Shown here: positions 37,017 through 41,385 of the stretch, piece by piece
Numbering within the stretch: the first letter of the stretch is position 1
How the letters are laid out: every line of letters begins with the position of its first letter
Assembly (NCBI GenBank): GCA_002269645.1
Contig: NIVC01004582.1
Location: forward strand, 1-41,385
Direction: 5' to 3'
Origin: Macrostomum lignano
Lineage: Eukaryota
Length of the DNA: 41,385 nucleotides
The notes under the pieces: generated by a model
What the model was told of the DNA's origin: nothing
The model's database searches: none
The model's input: only the letters and a program-made list of their open reading frames with translations
Made by a program: the position numbers and the translations under genes

Positions 37017-40000
37017 TCAATCAGAGAACTCATCCGAGTGATCCATTTGATGCTGATGAGTGCCGGCCGTTCGCGAGTCCAAATTGAGCACGGATCGCAT
37101 AGCAACCGCGCCTTCGTGAGCTTTACGATTTTTGCTGTCCAATCTGATTGCGATCTCGTAGTGCACCAGCGCCTCCTGCTGCTGGCCGCATCGGGAGTGA
37201 CAGTCGCCAAGCAGGCGGTGCAGCTCCGCTGTGGTCTCACCAGCTGGCTCCTGCGACAGGTACATACACATTTGGGATAATTGGGATACTTAAGCGCTGG
37301 AGTACAGTTACTAGGAAGATTCTGGAGGGCCTCAACTTTGATTGGGAGATCATTTAGAATACTAACTGCTAGGGAGTATAGAGGTTGGATTATCCTGTGA
37401 TGGGGAGGATGGATGCTGGATTATCCGGTGATGGGGAGGATGGATGCTGGATTATCCGGTGATGGGGAGGATGGATGCTGGATTATCCGGTGATGGGGAG
37501 GATGGATGCTGGATTATCCGGTGATGGGGAGGATGGATGCTGGATTATCCTGTGATGGGGAGGATGGACGCTGATTATCCTGTGATGGGAGGATTGATGC
37601 TGGATTATCCTGTGATGGGGAGGATGGATGCTGGATTATCTTCACTGTGATGGGGAGATAGGACATCTACTTACCTGCTCAATCTTCTGCACGAGCAGAG
37701 CCTTGGCCTCTGGGTAGCGCTTCTTCTCCATGTACAACTCAGCCAGCACAGAGACGCACTCAGGCAGGCAGCCGCGACCGTTGAACATGGCGAAGGCGTC
37801 GGCGAGGATCTCGATGGCTTTGTCCTTGTTCTCGTAGGATGTGGCGAGGCCGTAGATGCCCAGAGTTCGAGGGTTTCGGCCTGGCAATCATTTTGGATGT
37901 TAAGTTTTTCTTACCTACTGTAAGTAATTTTAGGTTAAACTTTCCTTGAATGGCGATTCTTGATGATGGTTGATTGAGTGGCGATTCTTGATGATGGTTG
38001 ATTGAGTGGGCGATTCTTGATGATGGTTGGTTGAGTCACTTGAGTGGCGATTCTTGATGATGATTGATTGAGTGGCGATTCTTGATGATGGTTGATTGAG
38101 TGGCGATTCTTGATGATGATTGATTGAGTGGCGATTCTTGATGATGATTGATTGAGTGGCGATTCTTGATGATGGTTGATTGAGTGGCGATTCTTGATGA
38201 TGATTGATTGAGTGGCGATTCTTGATGATGATTGATTGAGTGGCGATTCTTGATGATGGTTGGTTGAGTGGCGATTCTTGATGATGGTTGGTTGAGTGGC
38301 GATTCTTGATGATGGTTGATTGAGTGGCGATTCTTGATGATGGTTGGTTGAGTGGCGATTCTTGATGATGGTTGATTGAGTGGCGATTCTTGATGATGAT
38401 TGATTGAGTGGCGATTCTTGATGATGATTGATTGAGTGGCGATTCTTGATGGTGGTTGATTGAGTGGCGATTCTTGATGATGGTTGATTGAGTGGCGATT
38501 CTTGATGATGATTGATTGAGTGGCGATTCTTGATGATGATGATTGAGTGGCGATTCTTGATGGTGGTTGATTGAGTGGCGATTCTTGATGATGGTTGATT
38601 GAGTGGCGATTCTTGATGATGGTTGATTGAGTGGCGATTCTTGATGATGATTGATTGAGTGGCGATTCTTGATGATGATTGATTGAGTGGCGATTCTTGA
38701 TGGTGGTTGATTGAGTGGCGATTCTTGATGATGGTTGATTGAGTGGCGATTCTTGATGATGGTTGATTGAGTGGCGATTCTTGATGATGATTGATTGAGT
38801 GGCGATTCTTGATGATGATTGATTGAGTGGCGATTCTTGATGATGATTGATTGAGTGGCGATTCTTGATGGTGGTTGATTGAGTGGCGATTCTTGATGAT
38901 GGTTGATTGAGTGGCGATTCTTGATGATGGTTGATTGAGTGGCGATTCTTGATGATGATTGATTGAGTGGCGATTCTTGATGATGATTGATTCAGTGGCG
39001 ATTCTTGATGATGATTGATTCAGTGGCGATTCTTGATGATGGTTGATTGAGTGGCGATTCTCAACTATGATTGAATAAACACTCACCCAGCTGTTTAACC
39101 AGCAGTTCAGCTTTAGCAATAGCATTCCTATACTTGTGCCGATTAATATAAGTCCACACAATACCGTGCTGCACTTCAAAGCTGTTAGGCGCCAGCTTCC
39201 TGGCCTCGGTGAAGTAGGACAGAGCATCGCGCTCTTTGCCATTTCTAATGCTTACATAACCGCACACGATGAGGGCGTGCACGGAGTTCGGGCTGATGGT
39301 CAGGGCTTTCTGGGCGAAGAACATTGCCTTGCTGGACCGTTTGTTGCTGTGGTTCAGGTAGCCATAGACTACGTAAGGCTCAGGCCTGTGCTCAGACACC
39401 TGAAAGATATATTAAAACTATTTATGCTACATATCGGCGATTGAAAATCGAAAGCTTTGAAGTCTTAGTCCGATAGAGGTCTTAACACGTTAGAATATGC
39501 ATAACAATACACTGTACAGGCTTGGGGGATTGCTGAGATGTCAAGTCTTGGGGGATTGCTGAGATGTCAAGTCTTGGGGGGGGGGAATTGCTGAGATGTC
39601 AAGTCTTGGGGGGAATTGCTGAGATGTCAAGTCTTGGGGGGAATTGCTGAGATGTCAAGTCTTGGGGGGAATTGCTGAGATGTCAAGTCTTGGGGGGAAT
39701 TGCTGAGATGTCAAGTCTTGGGGGGAATTGCTGAGATGTCAAGTCTTGGGGGAATTGCTGAGATGTCAAGTCTTGGGGGGAATTGCTGAGATGTCAAGTC
39801 TTGGGGGGAATTGCTGAGATGTCAAGTCTTAGGGGGAATTGCTGAGATGTCAAGGCTTGGGGGAATTGCTGAGATGTCAAGCTTGGGGGAATTGCTGAGA
39901 TGTCAAGTCTTGGGGGGAATTGCTGAGATGTCAAGTCTTGGGGGGAATTGCTGAGATGTCAAGTCTTGGGGGAATTGCTGAGATGTCAAGTCTTGGGGGG

Positions 40001-40518
40001 AATTGCTGAGATGTCAAGTCTTGGGGGGAATTGCTGAGATGTCAAGTCTTGGGGGAATTGCTGAGATGTCAAGTCTTGGGGGGGAATTGCTGAGATGTCA
40101 AGTCTTGGGGGGAATTGCTGAGATGTCAAGTCTTGGGTGGATTGCTGAGATGTCAAGTCTTGGGTGGATTGCTGAGATGTCAAGTCTTGGGGGGAATTGC
40201 TGAGATGTCAAGTCTTGGGGGGAATTGCTGAGATGTCAAGTCTTGGGTGGATTGCTGAGATGTCAAGTCTTGGGGGGAATTGCTGAGATGTCAAGTCTTA
40301 GGGGGAATTGCTGAGATGTCAAGGCTTGGGGGGAATTGCTGAGATGTCAAGGCTTGGGGGAATTGCTGAGATGTCAAGTCTTGGGGGAATTGCTGAGATG
40401 TCAAGGCTTGGGGAGAATTGCTGAGATGCAAGTCTTGAGGGAAATTGCTGGGATGTCAAGCTTACGGTGGAATAGCTGAAATGTCAAGTATGGGGGGTAA
40501 TTGCTGAGATTCTCTATC

Positions 40519-40588
<70 letters not shown>

Positions 40589-41385
40589 CCTCTCTCACCT
40601 GCATGAGACTGGCAGCCAGACACTCCAACTGCCTAGTCTTATTAGCATGCCTGTGCAGCAGTTCAGCCAGAGAGTCAATATGCCTCAGCCAGTTGCTATC
40701 CAGACTGTGCAATCGAGTCAGAATCCGTTCAGCCTCAGTGTAGTCACCGCATTGATAGAACGCCTCGCCAAGGGTAGCAAGAGATTGGAGTCGCCAGTCA
40801 TGAGATCGTTGCCGTCCAGAGCTACCAGAGCTTCGATGGCTGGTCGGAATGCTCGACCGGCCGCTTGGACGGAGGCGTCAAAGTAGCGAGCAAGCAGCTG
40901 CTCAAGAGGCCCAGTGGCGCTGGCGGCTCGCTGGGTGAGGCATCCACAGTTGGCCAGCAGCTGCAGCACTTCGGATAGGGGAGTTCGACAGGCCAGGAGG
41001 CCTTTGATCGCTTCCATTGACAGGCGCCTGTAGCTTTCACGCCAGCACTGCGGTTTCGAATTTGGAAAGAGATTTCAGGCTTGAATTTTTTAATGACATT
41101 TTAAAAAGTGTAACTTTGAGTTTCTGAGATCATCCGAGTTTTATTTATTTTGAAGAGATCACGAGTTTGAATCTTCAAAGTGAGATCCTGAGTTCGAATC
41201 TTCAAAAAGACATCCCGAGTTCGAATCTTTTAAGTGAGATCCGAGTTCGAATCTTCAAAAAGACATTCCGTGTTCGAATCTTCAACCTCTCTTAATTAAA
41301 AAAATGTATAACCGATGCCATCTTAAATCACCTTGAAAGCAGTCTGTGCAAGTTTCTCCTCGCCAGATCTCAGATAGCTCTGTCC
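37017..41385 (-). CDS. ANAPC7: Anaphase-promoting complex subunit 7, 3' part (TPR repeats); 5' end lies beyond the window
   Basis: Exons 41385-41332, about 41048-40599 (acceptor uncertain; -1 frameshift near 40778), 39399-39087, 37880-37675, 37250-37017. SEHRPEPYVV..KAMFFAQKAL..NSVHALI..EARKLAP..KQLG-RNPRTL..LHRLLGD..QEALVHY.IA.RLD matches the APC7 sequence as I recall it. Confidence 0.9.
37387..37658. repeat. 31-bp minisatellite (GGATTATCCGGTGATGGGGAGGATGGATGCT), about 9 copies, ANAPC7 intron
   Basis: Period measured between 37387 and 37418. Confidence 0.95.
37948..39061. repeat. 28-bp minisatellite (GAGTGGCGATTCTTGATGATGGTTGATT), about 40 copies, ANAPC7 intron
   Basis: Directly visible; source of the spurious 435-aa ORF. 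Confidence 0.97.
39521..40510. repeat. About 28-29-bp minisatellite (GAATTGCTGAGATGTCAAGTCTTG5-8), about 35 copies, ANAPC7 intron
   Basis: Directly visible; the G-run length varies. Confidence 0.97.
40512..40596. repeat. (TC)n microsatellite abutting an ANAPC7 splice donor
   Basis: Directly visible. Confidence 0.97.
41155..41285. repeat. Degenerate 26-27-bp tandem repeat (core GAGTTCGAATCTT), about 5 copies, ANAPC7 intron
   Basis: Core recurs at roughly 26-27-bp spacing. Confidence 0.8.

Noticed and set aside
37935-40510. CRISPR-like arrays / 435-aa repetitive ORF
   Set aside because: Contiguous tandem units without unique spacers, inside spliceosomal introns of a eukaryotic gene; the ORF is repeat-derived.

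Overview
Eukaryotic (animal) genomic DNA with GT-AG introns, abundant SINEs and minisatellites. The style resembles a free-living flatworm such as Macrostomum, but that is inference only. In order the window holds: (1) a cluster of three unusual caspase genes (1361-5401 +, 7175-10800 +, 13548-15217 -), where each caspase domain follows a cryptic, degenerate caspase-like domain and the two + strand genes fuse a catalytically dead caspase to a catalytically intact one; (2) a young 4.7-kb non-autonomous Ty3/Gypsy-type LTR element (16196-20906, -) with 917-bp LTRs, ATAC TSD, PBS and PPT, a Gag/integrase-tail fusion ORF, and two paralogous double-RING (SINA-type C-x3-H) cargo ORFs in the env position; (3) two tandem secreted WSC + PAN/apple-like genes; (4) a roughly 1020-aa two-exon gene combining a PD-(Q)xK nuclease-like motif, coiled coil, hydrophobic Gly-rich helices and a C-terminal J-domain; (5) an RTE-type LINE 3' fragment flanked by an inverted duplication; (6) the 3' part of ANAPC7, with a different tandem repeat in each intron. 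Almost all frameshifts in the window are single missing bases, including one in ANAPC7, so many are probably assembly errors. All calls come from manual reading; no database searches were run.
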